Positions 19,046 to 30,601 of a DNA stretch of 64,000 nt are shown one piece after another. Position 1 is the stretch's first letter. Every line of letters begins with the position of its first letter. The DNA is taken from assembly GCA_963772455.1 (NCBI GenBank), contig CAVYXJ010000006.1:1-64000 (forward strand), given 5' to 3'. Source of the stretch: Candidatus Bathyarchaeota archaeon (lineage in GTDB: Archaea; Thermoproteota; Bathyarchaeia; Bathyarchaeales; Bathycorpusculaceae). A program made the translations under genes and the position numbers. The notes beneath the pieces were generated by a model. The model made no database searches, had not been told where the DNA came from, and saw nothing but the letters and a program-made list of their open reading frames with translations.

Positions 19046-19579
19046 TTAAGCAATGAAGTTTGAGTCAGGTATGCTTGGGTTTACACTAATATTGAAAAGA
19101 ACGACTCCTTCTCCCGCTGTGTTAGTGTATGAGTAGTCTCCGCTTCCAGACCAATGCTCAAGATTATTCAAAAAGTCTGTCCATTGGGGACTAAAAGATT
19201 GCCAGTCAGCAGTGAAATTGCCCTGAGTCCATGTAGCGCCACTATCAGTGCTGCTCCAGGATTTTTGTTCAGCTGCATTCAAAATGTAAGCATAGTTGGC
19301 GAAATCAACGCGAAGTGTCATATCGTTTGAATGTATGTTTTTACCTTGCCATTTATGTTCTAGGACTATTCCTTGGGTTGTCACGTTAGCGTTAAACGTC
19401 AAAGTGGTAGCATCTGCGATCCCATTAGTCGAAGGCGTTGCTGTAGGAGTAGGGGTAGGGTTTGTAGATCCGCCGTTTCCATTATTCATCAATGCATAGG
19501 CTGCAACACCGACAACAATTACGATTACTAAGACTGCAGCAACAGCATATATCGTTGTTTTATTCATTTTAATCACCAT
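19046..19579 (-). CDS. Membrane-anchored exported protein with PT linker
   Basis: N-terminal TM helix and NPTPTPTATP. Confidence 0.75.
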   Translation of the reverse strand: MVIKMNKTTIYAVAAVLVIVIVVGVAAYALMNNGNGGSTNPTPTPTATPSTNGIADATTLTFNANVTTQGIVLEHKWQGKNIHSNDMTLRVDFANYAYILNAAEQKSWSSTDSGATWTQGNFTADWQSFSPQWTDFLNNLEHWSGSGDYSYTNTAGEGVVLFNISVNPSIPDSNFIA

Positions 19580-20024
19580 TTTCTCCTATCTTTATTCTTT
19601 AGATGAATTTTTAATATAAGTTTTTTCCAATCTCTATTAAGGTCGTAGTTCAAGCAATGGAATTACCATGATTTGGGATAATTGCTAAATGACAAAGGAA
19701 AATGAGGAGTAAACTAAACAGGTGTGCTACTTTGTTAAGCAGAAGTTACTATATAAAAAGTAGCATAGCACCAAGATGATTTATTCTTATTGAATATTAA
19801 GTAAGACGGTCATTCTGAGTTTGTTTTTTTTGTAAAAATTGTGATCCTTATAAAGAAAATCTAAAATCAACTATTTAGGGCAGACCATTAACCGCTTGGA
19901 TATCGATAAATTATGAATAAGAATTTTTGCTAACCTGATGCCTATCCTGCTATCATCGGATGGTATTTGAGACATTTGTTTATTTTCTCCTCTCTTAATG
20001 TGGCAATTTCAATAGTAATACCCA

Positions 20025-21263
20025 TCAATCAATCTTTGCATTTGAGCCACCATTTTTTTGGCGAGAAATAAGCATAGAACCCACAGTCGCCATAATCGCA
20101 GTTGTAACAATAACAATCACTGCAATATCAACAAAAATGTCTGCGTATGCAAGCCCCAATTGTGCAGGCAGAGTGGCTAAAACTGCAGTCGCCAATCCCC
20201 TAGTCAAAATCACAGTCAACATACCATTCTCTTTTTTCAATGGACTCTTAAGCGTCGTCAACCACACCGCGCCATAACGGGTCCCCAGCATGATAAAAGA
20301 AAGCACAATACCCGACACTAAAACCGTTAGACTCGACACTGATGCTATGATACCTAAGAAAACAAAGAAGAAAGTGCTGATTAGAAAAGCTATTTCTGCT
20401 TGAAAACGCTTCAAACCTTTGCTTACTGAACACTCTATTTTCCCGTTATTTGAGTTGATATCGATGTTTTGCCTAAAAAACCCAAGAACGTCACGTTCAT
20501 TCCCAAGTATTAAACCAAAAAGCAATACACTCAACACTCCGCTTCCACCTATAACCTCTGACAAAGCATACCCAAGTAAAACCGCCCCCAAAGTTAGCAT
20601 GTAAGAAAACGGAAGAGTAGACACTTTTTTTAACGCAAATAACCAAGCAAAACCCAAACCCACACCAACCAGTGCCCCGATGAGGAATTTACCTGCTATA
20701 CCTAACCCAATCTCTGTCACATCAGCTTGTCCAGTAATTAGAATATCAATTATCGCTATCGCGATTACGATGCTAAAAATGTCAGTTATCGCAGATTCCA
20801 GTATGAGTATAGTTGACCCCTTTTCGCTAATTTTAATTTTATACGCCAAAGAAACAACCACAACTGAGCTGCTTCCACCAAATATCACCCCGAATAGCAA
20901 CCCATAAAGTGCGGACATATTGAACACAAACATCATGAATGCTGCTACGCCAACAGTGCTGAAGATAAAACCTAAAATCGCCAATAACACAGCTTTAGGG
21001 CTATTAATGAGGGCACATTTGATGTTTAAACCCATTCCACCATCAAATACGATGTATGCTAAAGCCAACGCAGCAATGTAGGGTGCAAAGGTCTTCACGG
21101 ATGTTGGGTCAAAAGCGCCGAATATGGGTCCAAAGAGAACGCCTAAAAAGATTAGGATAAGTATGTCAGGAAAACCAGTTTTTTTAAACAGAAAGTTGGC
21201 TAAAAAACCGATGAAAATTATCATTGAGGCTATAATGAGTGCGATTGAGATAGCATCGACCAA
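20025..21263 (-). CDS. CPA1/NhaP-type cation:proton antiporter
   Basis: Many TM helices; FDGG, LESAITD and TRGLATAVLA motifs. Confidence 0.9.
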   Translation of the reverse strand: MVDAISIALIIASMIIFIGFLANFLFKKTGFPDILILIFLGVLFGPIFGAFDPTSVKTFAPYIAALALAYIVFDGGMGLNIKCALINSPKAVLLAILGFIFSTVGVAAFMMFVFNMSALYGLLFGVIFGGSSSVVVVSLAYKIKISEKGSTILILESAITDIFSIVIAIAIIDILITGQADVTEIGLGIAGKFLIGALVGVGLGFAWLFALKKVSTLPFSYMLTLGAVLLGYALSEVIGGSGVLSVLLFGLILGNERDVLGFFRQNIDINSNNGKIECSVSKGLKRFQAEIAFLISTFFFVFLGIIASVSSLTVLVSGIVLSFIMLGTRYGAVWLTTLKSPLKKENGMLTVILTRGLATAVLATLPAQLGLAYADIFVDIAVIVIVTTAIMATVGSMLISRQKNGGSNAKID

Positions 21264-21366
21264 GCGTTATCCACTGTGGCAACCATATGTTTGAGGGCTT
21301 TTAAAAGTTGCCAAAATCACTCTGGACGGTAATATAAAGCAAATTCTATGTGACCGCACTTCTCCT

Positions 21367-21433
21367 CTTGTCTAGTTCGAAGAATAGTCCTTCTGGTCTA
21401 AATCGAATGTCAGCTATTCTGGAGTTGGACAAG
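21367..21433 (+). other. Long imperfect hairpin just downstream of the recombinase
   Basis: CTTGTCTAGTTC/GAGTTGGACAAG (three G-T pairs) plus AGAATAG/CTATTCT. Confidence 0.6.
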
Positions 21434-21500
21434 TTTAAAAAAAATTAATAAGCTCCCGTGGAGGGAAGCTTCAAAATCTTTAAAAAAAATTAAGCTTAAC

Positions 21501-22613
21501 CTAGAGGTTAAGTAGGAATTCTTCGAATTTGTTTGAGATATCTGGGCGTTTTTGAAGTATATCAGCGAACTTGTTTAGAAAGTCTTGTTGTGGAGTTTGA
21601 GGCGCTTGATGTGTCGTTGTTAGGAACTCGAGGTCTGGGAGGGCTTCGCGGTATTTTTTTCTGAGTTGTTCAACGGCTGGTTTGCTGTAGGGCGATTCTT
21701 CGGCTTTAACTTTTCTGCCTTTTGCTTTTCGGACCCAGTTAACTGAGACGCCTACGTTTTCTAAGGCTGTTTGAAGTCTAGATCGGCCATCGTGTATTCT
21801 ATATTTTACGCCGGCTTGAGAAGATATATGACTCATGAGGCGAGGAATCTGTCTTCTCTTTAACGGTTTATGTATGAATCTTTTGACGTTTAGGAATATG
21901 TGATCTGTTGGTTGCCAGGTATGGTTGAAACTTTTCGCATACCAGGAACGGTAATCGAGAAGAACAGCTTTAGCTTCTGGAGTTAGAAACGTAATTTGCT
22001 GAACGCCTTTATATTTTCCTTTTCCATGTCCTTTGAGAATCTCTGAAGGCAGCTTTAGACAAGGAATATTTTGTTTTTCCCAATCTTCTTCAAAATGGTT
22101 CCAACATAATTCTGATAAGGATTCGAGAGCTATAGCAGTGCAGGTAGCGAACATAATTAACGCTTGGTCTCTTGGATGTGTACATTTTCGGAAGAGCTTA
22201 AGACAAGTTTCTTTGGAAGCTACACTTTGAGATCTCTTAGTTGTATATTCGAATTTTCCAGCTTCTGCTTGAAGCTGATGATAATTAGTTCGGTAGAAAG
22301 CTTTGACAGAATTTATGATAAGCCATTTTCGGCTATCAGGAATGTTAGTTATTTTAATGGGGGATATCATGAATTTATCCAGTAGTTTTTCTGCATCTGA
22401 GTTTTGAGTGTTTTTTAAGTCTAAGATTTGCTGAGGGGTCTTGAATTCTCCTTTTGTAGTTTTAGCTACCCATTGACAGTAGAGGTAGATATTCTGCCCA
22501 GCTTGAAGTTTGTTAGAGTTTAAGCGTTGAAGGTAGTTTTGGACTGTTTCGTTCTGGTCTATCCAGAGTTGAATCGAAATTTGATTTAAGCCGTATTTTA
22601 TTTTATTTGGCAT
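21501..22613 (-). CDS. Tyrosine recombinase/integrase (atypical active site)
   Basis: RDQALI, TFLTPEAK, HDGR (HxxR) and C-terminal Tyr in SPYS. Confidence 0.85.
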   Translation of the reverse strand: MPNKIKYGLNQISIQLWIDQNETVQNYLQRLNSNKLQAGQNIYLYCQWVAKTTKGEFKTPQQILDLKNTQNSDAEKLLDKFMISPIKITNIPDSRKWLIINSVKAFYRTNYHQLQAEAGKFEYTTKRSQSVASKETCLKLFRKCTHPRDQALIMFATCTAIALESLSELCWNHFEEDWEKQNIPCLKLPSEILKGHGKGKYKGVQQITFLTPEAKAVLLDYRSWYAKSFNHTWQPTDHIFLNVKRFIHKPLKRRQIPRLMSHISSQAGVKYRIHDGRSRLQTALENVGVSVNWVRKAKGRKVKAEESPYSKPAVEQLRKKYREALPDLEFLTTTHQAPQTPQQDFLNKFADILQKRPDISNKFEEFLLNL

Positions 22614-22695
22614 CTTTTATGGTCCTTAAGCTCAGTGTCCACTGGAATTAATATAAATATTTCCTATATTGGAACCATTTGAATTAAAATGTTTC

Positions 22696-23735
22696 CTATT
22701 GATTTTTTCCTGTTTGTCTAATTATTTTTATTCCTGCCCATTGGAGGGCAAAATAGGATACAATTAGTCGGAACCACAGATTTACTACTCTTGTTAGTAA
22801 TGCAACTGAGACTGCTACTGCTGGGTCAATGTATAGTGCAGTGAATGTTAATGTCATAATTAGTTCGGGGAAACCAAATATTGTTACACCAACGGTTTGG
22901 AGTGTTCCAGTTAGAGTAAAAACAATAAGCACTATATCGACGGGTATGGGCTGCCCCAGTGCGATGAATGTTAGAAAAACAACTGATACTTCAAAAATAA
23001 AACCCAACACGGCAAGGATGATTGGTTCAACCAGTTCTTTGGGTTTTCTTTTTAACTGTTCAATGCTTACGTGGAAGTTGTCAAGTAATTCTTCAGCTTT
23101 TGTTTTGAAGTTTTGGGGATTCCAGCTATGACGAAAAAGTAAAGCTATCTTTATTACCCATTTGATGAGGGTTTTGGTTGTTGTTGGTTTGAAACTAACA
23201 TAGTAAATTACTCCTAAAGTAAGAATCGAAAGGGCTAGAACCAAGCTAATTAGCAAAGTTGCAACAATTGGTAGCGAATATTTCAAGAGCACAAGGGCCA
23301 ATCCAAGGCTTAAAGCCACAATTGTTAGTGTCATTGTAAAGATTTTTTGTCCTACTACAGAAGCCCCGATTTTTCCAGCTTGAGTTTTTGAGTCTTTAGC
23401 TAATAGATAAGTTTTTGAAACTTCGCCAGACCAGCCTAATTGGGGAACTGTTGCTTCAAAGAATAATCCTACCCAAGTGTAAAGGAAGGCTTTTCGTTTG
23501 GTGATTTTTACTGATAAATTGTTGAGTAGTCGTTGCCAAACGAGTGAAGAACAGATTGTGTATAGCAGTAAGCTATGAATGCTCCCGCGTATATGGTGAG
23601 GTTTGTTTTGGAGAGTATACTGATGACTTGTGTTGGGTTAACAAAGAAGTAAATGTATAAAACGAAGGCTATTAGCCCCAAAATTAAAACTAAGAAGAAT
23701 AATGTTTATGCGGAATGGTTTTTTTATTGGGTCAT
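22696..23735 (-). CDS. Lysylphosphatidylglycerol synthase TM/flippase-like protein (frameshifted)
   Basis: Multi-TM; PQLGWSGEVSK lies in the upstream frame and LLTRVVNLWF near the end. Confidence 0.8.
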
Positions 23736-24015
23736 TGGGGCTTCAAGTCTTGTTAGATTTGCGGTTTAACTATTAAGTGTTAATCAATAGTCAAGCTGTG
23801 TTAAAAAATAAGTATTTGTGAGAAGAAGAAGAGTGAAAAATTTGCACTTCTTCTACCCATACCAATCTTCTTCTCTGATAAAAAAATTTTATTCTGTATC
23901 TTCAGGTGCATGCTCAATCCAATCGCCCTCTTTGACACCCGCAAGATGTTAATTCTTATAGGTGACATAGAACTGATTAAAAAAGAAAAAAACGGCAGAT
24001 TTCATTAAGGGCGGC

Positions 24016-24249
24016 TTATTCTTCCATCATTATTAATGTTAAAGTTGATCGTACTCTGCTGAGTGATCTTATTCTGCGTGTTACCATTTCTTTGAGTTTC
24101 TCCATTGAGTCAGCTTTAACCTTAGCAATTATGTCGTAAACGCCGTATGAAAAGTATGCTTCCTCTACGCCCTCAATGGTTTTGAGTTCTTTGACAATAT
24201 CTTCTTCTGCTCCTGATTCGACGTTTATTAATACAAAGGCTTGTGGCAT
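24016..24249 (-). CDS. Lrp/AsnC ligand-binding domain protein
   Basis: AFVLINVESG, GVYDIIAKV, TLTLI. Confidence 0.9.
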   Translation of the reverse strand: MPQAFVLINVESGAEEDIVKELKTIEGVEEAYFSYGVYDIIAKVKADSMEKLKEMVTRRIRSLSRVRSTLTLIMMEE

Positions 24250-24379
24250 TTAGAATCTCCAAGTACTTAGTACAACACTTGTGATTAATATCTTATGCGT
24301 AAAATCCCTTTTTTGTCTCTGAAACCAAAAATCATATGAGCTTAATGCGCCTATGAAGTTATTTGAGGAGACATAAAGT

Positions 24380-24715
24380 TTGGTTTATTGTACAAGATGT
24401 GGAACCCTCAATCCGGATACTGCAATAAATTGTTCTAACTGTGGGGCTCCTCTCGCTGGACCTGAAAGTAGACCTTATTCAAGGTACGAAAGACGAAGAT
24501 ATTACCAAGAGAATTATGGTTACTCACATAGAGGAGGGGGTATTGGGCTTCTCATAGCAGGATTATTCATTATCCTAATTGGGTTAGCAGCCTTTGCTGG
24601 TTTTACGGCTTTCTGGAATTATTTCTGGCCGATTGTAATGATTATTGTTGGCGTATGGATTCTTGTGCTAGGTTTACGGCGCAACCGCAGACGTAACCAA
24701 ACTACACCATCTTAA
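24380..24715 (+). CDS. Zinc-ribbon membrane protein
   Basis: CTRCG...CSNCG plus two TM helices with a FWP motif. Confidence 0.8.
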   Translation: MVYCTRCGTLNPDTAINCSNCGAPLAGPESRPYSRYERRRYYQENYGYSHRGGGIGLLIAGLFIILIGLAAFAGFTAFWNYFWPIVMIIVGVWILVLGLRRNRRRNQTTPS

Positions 24716-24825
24716 TTATTCGGATGTACAGAATACAAACTTCAAATTGCACGATTTTACAGTTTGGTACACAAAAGAGTTATATTAATTCGGCATGAAA
24801 GATGTAAGATATTGCTGGGAAATGC

Positions 24826-26455
24826 ATGGTTAAGTTCATTTTCGTAACAGGCGGTGTGCTGAGTTCCGTTGGCAAAGGTATCTTAACTTCCTCTATTGGA
24901 AAAATGCTTCAAGCAAGAGGATTAAAGCCTACAGTTGTAAAAATAGATCCTTACGTTAACATTGACGCGGGAACAATGAACCCGTATATGCATGGCGAAG
25001 TCTTCGTTACTGATGACGGTGGCGAAACTGACTTGGATTTAGGCTGGTATGAACGATTCTTGGATTTAAGCCTAAAACAAGAAAACAACTTAACCACAGG
25101 AACAATTTATCAGATCCGTTATTGAGAAAGAACGGCATGGAGATTTCTTAGGGCGTTGCGTCCAAATTGTTCCTCATGTGACTAACGAAATAAAAAATCG
25201 CATTAGAAACGCTGCTAAAATGGTTAATGCTGACATAGTCTTAACAGAAGTTGGAGGGACAGTTGGCGACATTGAGGGCTTGCCGTTTCTAGAAGCGATT
25301 CGTCAAATGCGTGTTGAAGAAGGTTATGAAAATACTTTTTATGTTCATGTTGCTTTGGTGCCCGTCTTAGACGTTACCGGTGAAATGAAGACTAAGCCTC
25401 TCCAGCACAGTGTAAATGAATTGAGGCGAATCGGTATCCAACCAGACACAATTGTTGCCAGAAGCCCCACAATGATTGACGCTGAAGCACTAAGAAAAAT
25501 AGCTTTATTCGGCACGATTCCTGAGAGTGCAGTCTTCTGTTCCTACAACGCTGAAACAGTATATCAAGTTCCTCTAATTCTTGATAAACAGGGTATGGGC
25601 GACTTTATTTGCCAGCGTTTAGGCTTAAAATGTGACGGTAAAGATTTTGGGCAGTGGCAAGTTTTTGTCGACGGTATGATTAATCCTGAACATGAAGTAA
25701 AGATCGCATTGGTTGGTAAGTATGCTGGATTATCAGACAGTTACGTTAGCATGACTGAAGCTCTACGTCATGGAGGGGCAGCGTGCAAAACAAAAGTCTG
25801 TATTTCTTATTTAGAAGCAGAAAAATTCGAACGTGAACCCCAATGTGTTAAAGACTTGTCGAATTTTGATGGAGTTTTCGTTCCTTACGGATTTGGTCCA
25901 AGAGGTACAGAAGGAAAGATAGCGGCTGCTAGTTATGCACGAGAGAACGATATTCCTTTTCTTGGTATTTGTTATGGCTTTCAGTTGGCTGTTATCGAAT
26001 TTGCTCGAAACGTTTGCGGGTTGAAAGATGCTAACAGCACAGAAATCAATCCTGATACGCCTTACCCAGTTATTGACTTAATGCCTGAGCAACGTGGAAT
26101 AGAGATTAAAGGTGCAACTATGCGTTTAGGTGCTCATAAAATAGTTTTACAAAAAAATACGTTAGCTAGTAGCATGTTTGGGCAAGAAGAAATCCATGAG
26201 CGCCATCGACACCGCTTTGAAGTTAACCTTGACTATATCCAAGTGTTGAAAAATAATGGTTTGTGCTTTACAGGGAAGAGTACTGATGGCAAAAGAATGG
26301 AGACTTTAGAGTTACCCGATAAATATTTCTATTTTGCCTCACAGTTCCATGGAGAATTCAAGAGTCGCCCAGGAAGACCTTCACCGGAATATGCAGGGTT
26401 CATTCAAGCTTGTGTAAATAAGAAGCTTGGCAAACCAAAAACGCCCATTTGTTAA
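24826..26455 (+). CDS. pyrG: CTP synthase (frameshift near 25115)
   Basis: [54 protein letters not shown]. Confidence 0.97.
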
Positions 26456-26499
26456 AGAGAAATGGTTAACTAGAAAAGGCTATAATGCTCAGTTGATAC

Positions 26500-26814
26500 T
26501 TGACCTTAAAGGAACGATTAAAAATGGAACCTACTGGAAAAAGAGATTCAAATGCATATAGCAAGAAAATGACTGAAAGCAAGGATGAACTTACTGTATT
26601 ACAAGAAGAGCTTAACAACATAATTGTTCGATTTGTTCTGCGTGCTCTGCGTATCTATCAATCAACAAGACCTGAGCCATTGCGTGTCAACGAAATTGCA
26701 TTGCTTGTCCGAAATGAAATCAAAAATGTTTTGACAGATTTGAATGATCAAACAAACACTGATGTCATCGCAAAGGTGGCAAAAGAAGCTTGGGCAAAAG
26801 AAGCCAAGCAATAA
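26500..26814 (+). CDS. Hypothetical helical protein
   Basis: ORF followed by a T-tract. Confidence 0.65.
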   Translation: MTLKERLKMEPTGKRDSNAYSKKMTESKDELTVLQEELNNIIVRFVLRALRIYQSTRPEPLRVNEIALLVRNEIKNVLTDLNDQTNTDVIAKVAKEAWAKEAKQ

Positions 26815-26922
26815 TTTTTCTTTTTTTATTAAGTTCTGTATGATTTTTGTAATTAATTTTTAATTAATTGAATTTTTTTAAAAAGATTAATGGGAAGAAA
26901 AAAAATTTGTGTGCTTACTGCG

Positions 26923-27345
26923 TTATTTTCGGCGACAGAATTCTTCCATTATCGACATCAATTTTGGAACCGCGTAGACTATGGCTCTATCATCTAGTAA
27001 GCCTACTAGGGCGCCTTGTTTGTCGACAACTGGTAAGTGTTTGATGTTCCAGTGTTTCATTAGTTTTGCTGCTTCTTCAACGGTTGCGTTTTCGTCAATG
27101 ACTACGAGTGGGTTTGTGTAGACCATTCTTGCGATGACTGTTTTTAGTGGGACGTTAGCTTCAACTGCTCTGATTAGGACGTCTTTTACTGTAATGATGC
27201 CGGTTGGTTTGCCGCTTTGGACGACTAGGATTGCGTCTTTGTCGAATTTGTTCATTATTGCAACTACTTCTTGCATTACTGTGTTGTTGTTTACGACTTT
27301 AACGTCTTTTTGCATGATGTCTTTTACGACGACATTACTTGCCAT
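26923..27345 (-). CDS. CBS-domain pair protein
   Basis: VKDIM, GIITVKD, IKHLPVVD. Confidence 0.9.
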   Translation of the reverse strand: MASNVVVKDIMQKDVKVVNNNTVMQEVVAIMNKFDKDAILVVQSGKPTGIITVKDVLIRAVEANVPLKTVIARMVYTNPLVVIDENATVEEAAKLMKHWNIKHLPVVDKQGALVGLLDDRAIVYAVPKLMSIMEEFCRRK

Positions 27346-27404
27346 TTAATTTTCACCTATAACGCTATGAGAGAAGCAGTTGTTGTTTATCAATTTTTTG
27401 TTTA

Positions 27405-27977
27405 TTGCTCGCATTAAGTGCAATGCTTAAAGCCTTCTTTCATTTCTTTCATTTTAAGGCGACAGCTTTGGGTAACAACGATTCTAAACCCAACCAACAG
27501 TTCTGTGCAACTTTAGATAAAGCAAAAAACTACGCTGAAGTCTGGAAAATCGTGAAGGAAACCGCAGAATTTACTTTAGGCAAACGTAGAGATAGCATGA
27601 TGTTGTTTTTAGATGATTTACCTCTTCAACTTGGCGCCTACTATCCAGTTGGAACTAACAATATAGTTTTAAACCGCGCACTAGTGGAAATTGTAGAGGC
27701 ATCTATGAGCGATAAACCCACAGTCAACGCATTAATTTACAATCTTTTGCTCCACGAATACCTTCATGCACTTGGCGATTTATCTGAAACTGGCGTCAGG
27801 CGGCAAGTTGTGGAAGTTGCAAAGAAAAGTTTCGGTGAAACATATATTGCCACGGTAATTGCTTGTAAGTCTCCTTGGGTTTTGCTTAAAGATATTCCGC
27901 TTGGACCATATAACGCGCCAAAGCGTGTTATGCAAATTGTTCATGATTTTGAGAAAACAAGTCGATATGTCGTTTAG
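27405..27977 (+). CDS. Zincin-like metalloprotein
   Basis: LLHEYLHALG motif; true start is probably downstream of 27405. Confidence 0.75.
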   Translation: MLALSAMLKAFFHFFHFKATALGNNDSKPNQQFCATLDKAKNYAEVWKIVKETAEFTLGKRRDSMMLFLDDLPLQLGAYYPVGTNNIVLNRALVEIVEASMSDKPTVNALIYNLLLHEYLHALGDLSETGVRRQVVEVAKKSFGETYIATVIACKSPWVLLKDIPLGPYNAPKRVMQIVHDFEKTSRYVV

Positions 27978-28071
27978 GTTAACGATGTAGATAATTGGTT
28001 AACCTGCTTCAAGAGTTGGAATTCAAAGCTTAAATGATACAACCCCGTTTCAATTCCAAAAGAGGCAAAAG

Positions 28072-28908
28072 GTGTTGGCTAACCAAAAAATATCCGATGG
28101 CGACTACGTTCTAATTTACTTAGACGCACGCAGAACATACATGATTAAGATGCAAGCAGGACAGACTTTTCACACGCACAAAGGATACCTGAAACTTGAC
28201 GAGGTCATCGGTAAAGAATATGGCGAACCCATCAAAAGCAGTATGGGTATCTACTTCACTACCCTCAAACCTAGCTTAACCGATTATATCATGAAGTCCA
28301 GCCGCAACACACAAATCATTTACCCCAAAGATGCTGCATTAATTGTTATGTTTAGCGGCATTGGACCAGGAAGCCGAGTTATTGAATCCGGAACTGGAAC
28401 CGGTTCACTAACAACAGCTTTGGCACATTACGTTGGATCAACAGGTAAAGTGTACACTTACGAACTTCGCAGTGAATTTCAAAAAAACGCTGCCAAAAAC
28501 TTGGAACGAGCAAAACTGATAAGCCATGTTGAAATGAAAAGCGGCGATGTCACATTAGGCTATGAAGAGCGCGATGTTGATGCCGTAATCTTGGATCTTG
28601 CAGTTCCTTGGTTAGTTGTTCCGCATGCCTTCACAGCTCTTAAACCGTCAGGTGTTCTTGTTTCATTTAGTCCAACAATCGATCAAGTAGTAAAAACCAC
28701 TGAGGCACTTCGCGAAAATGGATTCGTGTTCATTGAAACAATTGAATGTTTGATGCGTACAATGCAGGTAGAACGTGGAAAAACGCGACCAAATACTATG
28801 ATGACTGGACACACTGGTTATATTACTCATGCAAGAAAAATCATTATGCCTCCAGTTCAAGAAACTCCCCAGGTGTCAATACAAGGAAGAAACCGTAGTC
28901 AGGAATGA
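28072..28908 (+). CDS. trmI: tRNA (adenine-N1)-methyltransferase
   Basis: TQIIYPKD, ESGTGTGSLT, LDLAVPW, FSPTIDQ, HTGY. Confidence 0.95.
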   Translation: MLANQKISDGDYVLIYLDARRTYMIKMQAGQTFHTHKGYLKLDEVIGKEYGEPIKSSMGIYFTTLKPSLTDYIMKSSRNTQIIYPKDAALIVMFSGIGPGSRVIESGTGTGSLTTALAHYVGSTGKVYTYELRSEFQKNAAKNLERAKLISHVEMKSGDVTLGYEERDVDAVILDLAVPWLVVPHAFTALKPSGVLVSFSPTIDQVVKTTEALRENGFVFIETIECLMRTMQVERGKTRPNTMMTGHTGYITHARKIIMPPVQETPQVSIQGRNRSQE

Positions 28909-28989
28909 GCTTCAGCAAAACGATTTGCTGAAAGATCTAGTAGAATCTCAAGATGAAAATGTTGAAGAAGTGGCAGAAGAAGAATCTGC

Positions 28990-30601
28990 CTAAGCTCTAT
29001 TTTTCATTTTTCGTTGTTTTGATTCAGGCAATGGCATGCTTAGTGACCAGACGGCTTGTTTTAGTTGTTCGCTCTTTTCGCCGCGTGTTAAGCCATAGTA
29101 AGCTCCAAGTATTTTGCCGAAGTATGGGATGAGGACTTGGTCAAATGTCTTGTAGATTAGTGGGTTGGCGAGGCGGTTTTCTAGGAAGGTTGGTTTCCAG
29201 ATTTTAACATTGTATTCCCAGCATTTAATGAAAAAGTCCCATCTTGCTTTGGATAGTGAATCCATTTCGGCGCCTTTTTTGTTCATCAAGACGCAGTTTT
29301 CGAGTGGTACAAAGAAAAGCGGGACGTAGAATGCGTTGAAATCTTTGAGTTTATCCATTAATTCCAGTGTTTGAAGCATGTCTTCTTCTTTCTCATCTGG
29401 TAACCCAATAATCAGTGTTGCCAGAGGATACCAGTCATTATCGTTTAAGATACCGAAAGCGTTGGTGACGACTTCTTGCCATTGTTCTGGTTTAAATGGC
29501 AACATCTTTCCTGCCATGTACTTCTTCATGAGACGTGGACTTCCAGTTTCGACGCCTGTTTCAGCTGTAATAATTGGTTTTTTACCGAAAGAATACCAGC
29601 TTTTCTCAATGAGAATTTCTGATAGTTGTTTAATCATTAACGGATCATGCCAAATAGGAGCCAACGACATGTGTGACGCTTGGATGCTTTTTACACCAGG
29701 GTAATCAGCCACGCTCTTAACTAGTTTAACAACAGCTTCTCGGTTAGGAATGAATGTTTTGTCAGTTGTGCCATAAAGGAAAAGATCTTCTGTGATTAGA
29801 GTTATGTGGTCACTGCCTTGGGAGGTACTTAGAGCCACTTCTTGCATGATTTTTTCTATAGGTACATCGACTTTATTTTGCATGGTTGGTGTACAGAATT
29901 GGCAATTGCGTCCGCATCCTTTGGAAATTTCAACTGCGCCGTGGACTGCTACATTCTTGTTCAGAGGCATTTCTTGATTGTAGTTCCAGTTGCTTAGGGA
30001 TTCATCAGCTTTAGCTATACGTGGAATTGGTTCTCCATTTACAGCTTTTTTGAAGATTTCCAATATTGGTTTTGGTCTTCCACCGATAAGAACACAATTT
30101 ACGCCGTAATTGTCAGAAACATGTTTGCGTTCAAGCTGCCATGAACCAAAGCCCCCTACAATTATTTTTGGCTTATATTTTCTGATGCTAGGGTGCATGA
30201 TAAGTTTCTTAAATTCGATGGCGTTTAGTGGTTCGCCGCCTCCTACGATTGAGGAGTATGTTTTGCTTACGTAGCCCATACCTGTTGGGTCCATGGAGGA
30301 AATGCCAACAACTTTTGTTTGTGGGCCTATGAAGTTTTGTAAATCGTCAGGGTGAACTACTGCGATATCTTGCGGTGAAAAGCCGCCTTCTAGAAGGATA
30401 GCTTCAACTTTTCGTAGTCCGTATGGAGCGTAGTTGGCTTGTCCGTCAGGTTTGCGTCCACAATGTGGATAAAGTGTTTTTCTGACGTATGATAATGGAA
30501 GAGGACCTTTGCCAAAGCCTCCCACGAATGCTATGAATGGATTATTGAAAAAATCGCTCATTTCTGTAGTATGATGCGGTTAGAACGATTTTTCTGCCCA
30601 A
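28990..30601 (-). CDS. B12-binding-domain radical SAM protein (5' frameshift)
   Basis: GCGRNCQFC, APYGLRKVEA, GVETGS. Confidence 0.9.

Noticed and set aside
15357-22613. Canonical integron
   Set aside because: The repeats lack RYYYAAC/GTTRRRY ends and I could not recognise IntI-specific features in the recombinase.
21263-22700. Recombinase as the provirus integrase with an att site
   Set aside because: It is about 12 kb from the tail genes and no att repeat or tRNA fragment is visible. It cannot be linked without the upstream sequence.
24826-26455. Programmed frameshift or true pseudogene in pyrG
   Set aside because: No slippery sequence at the break, and similar indels occur throughout the window.
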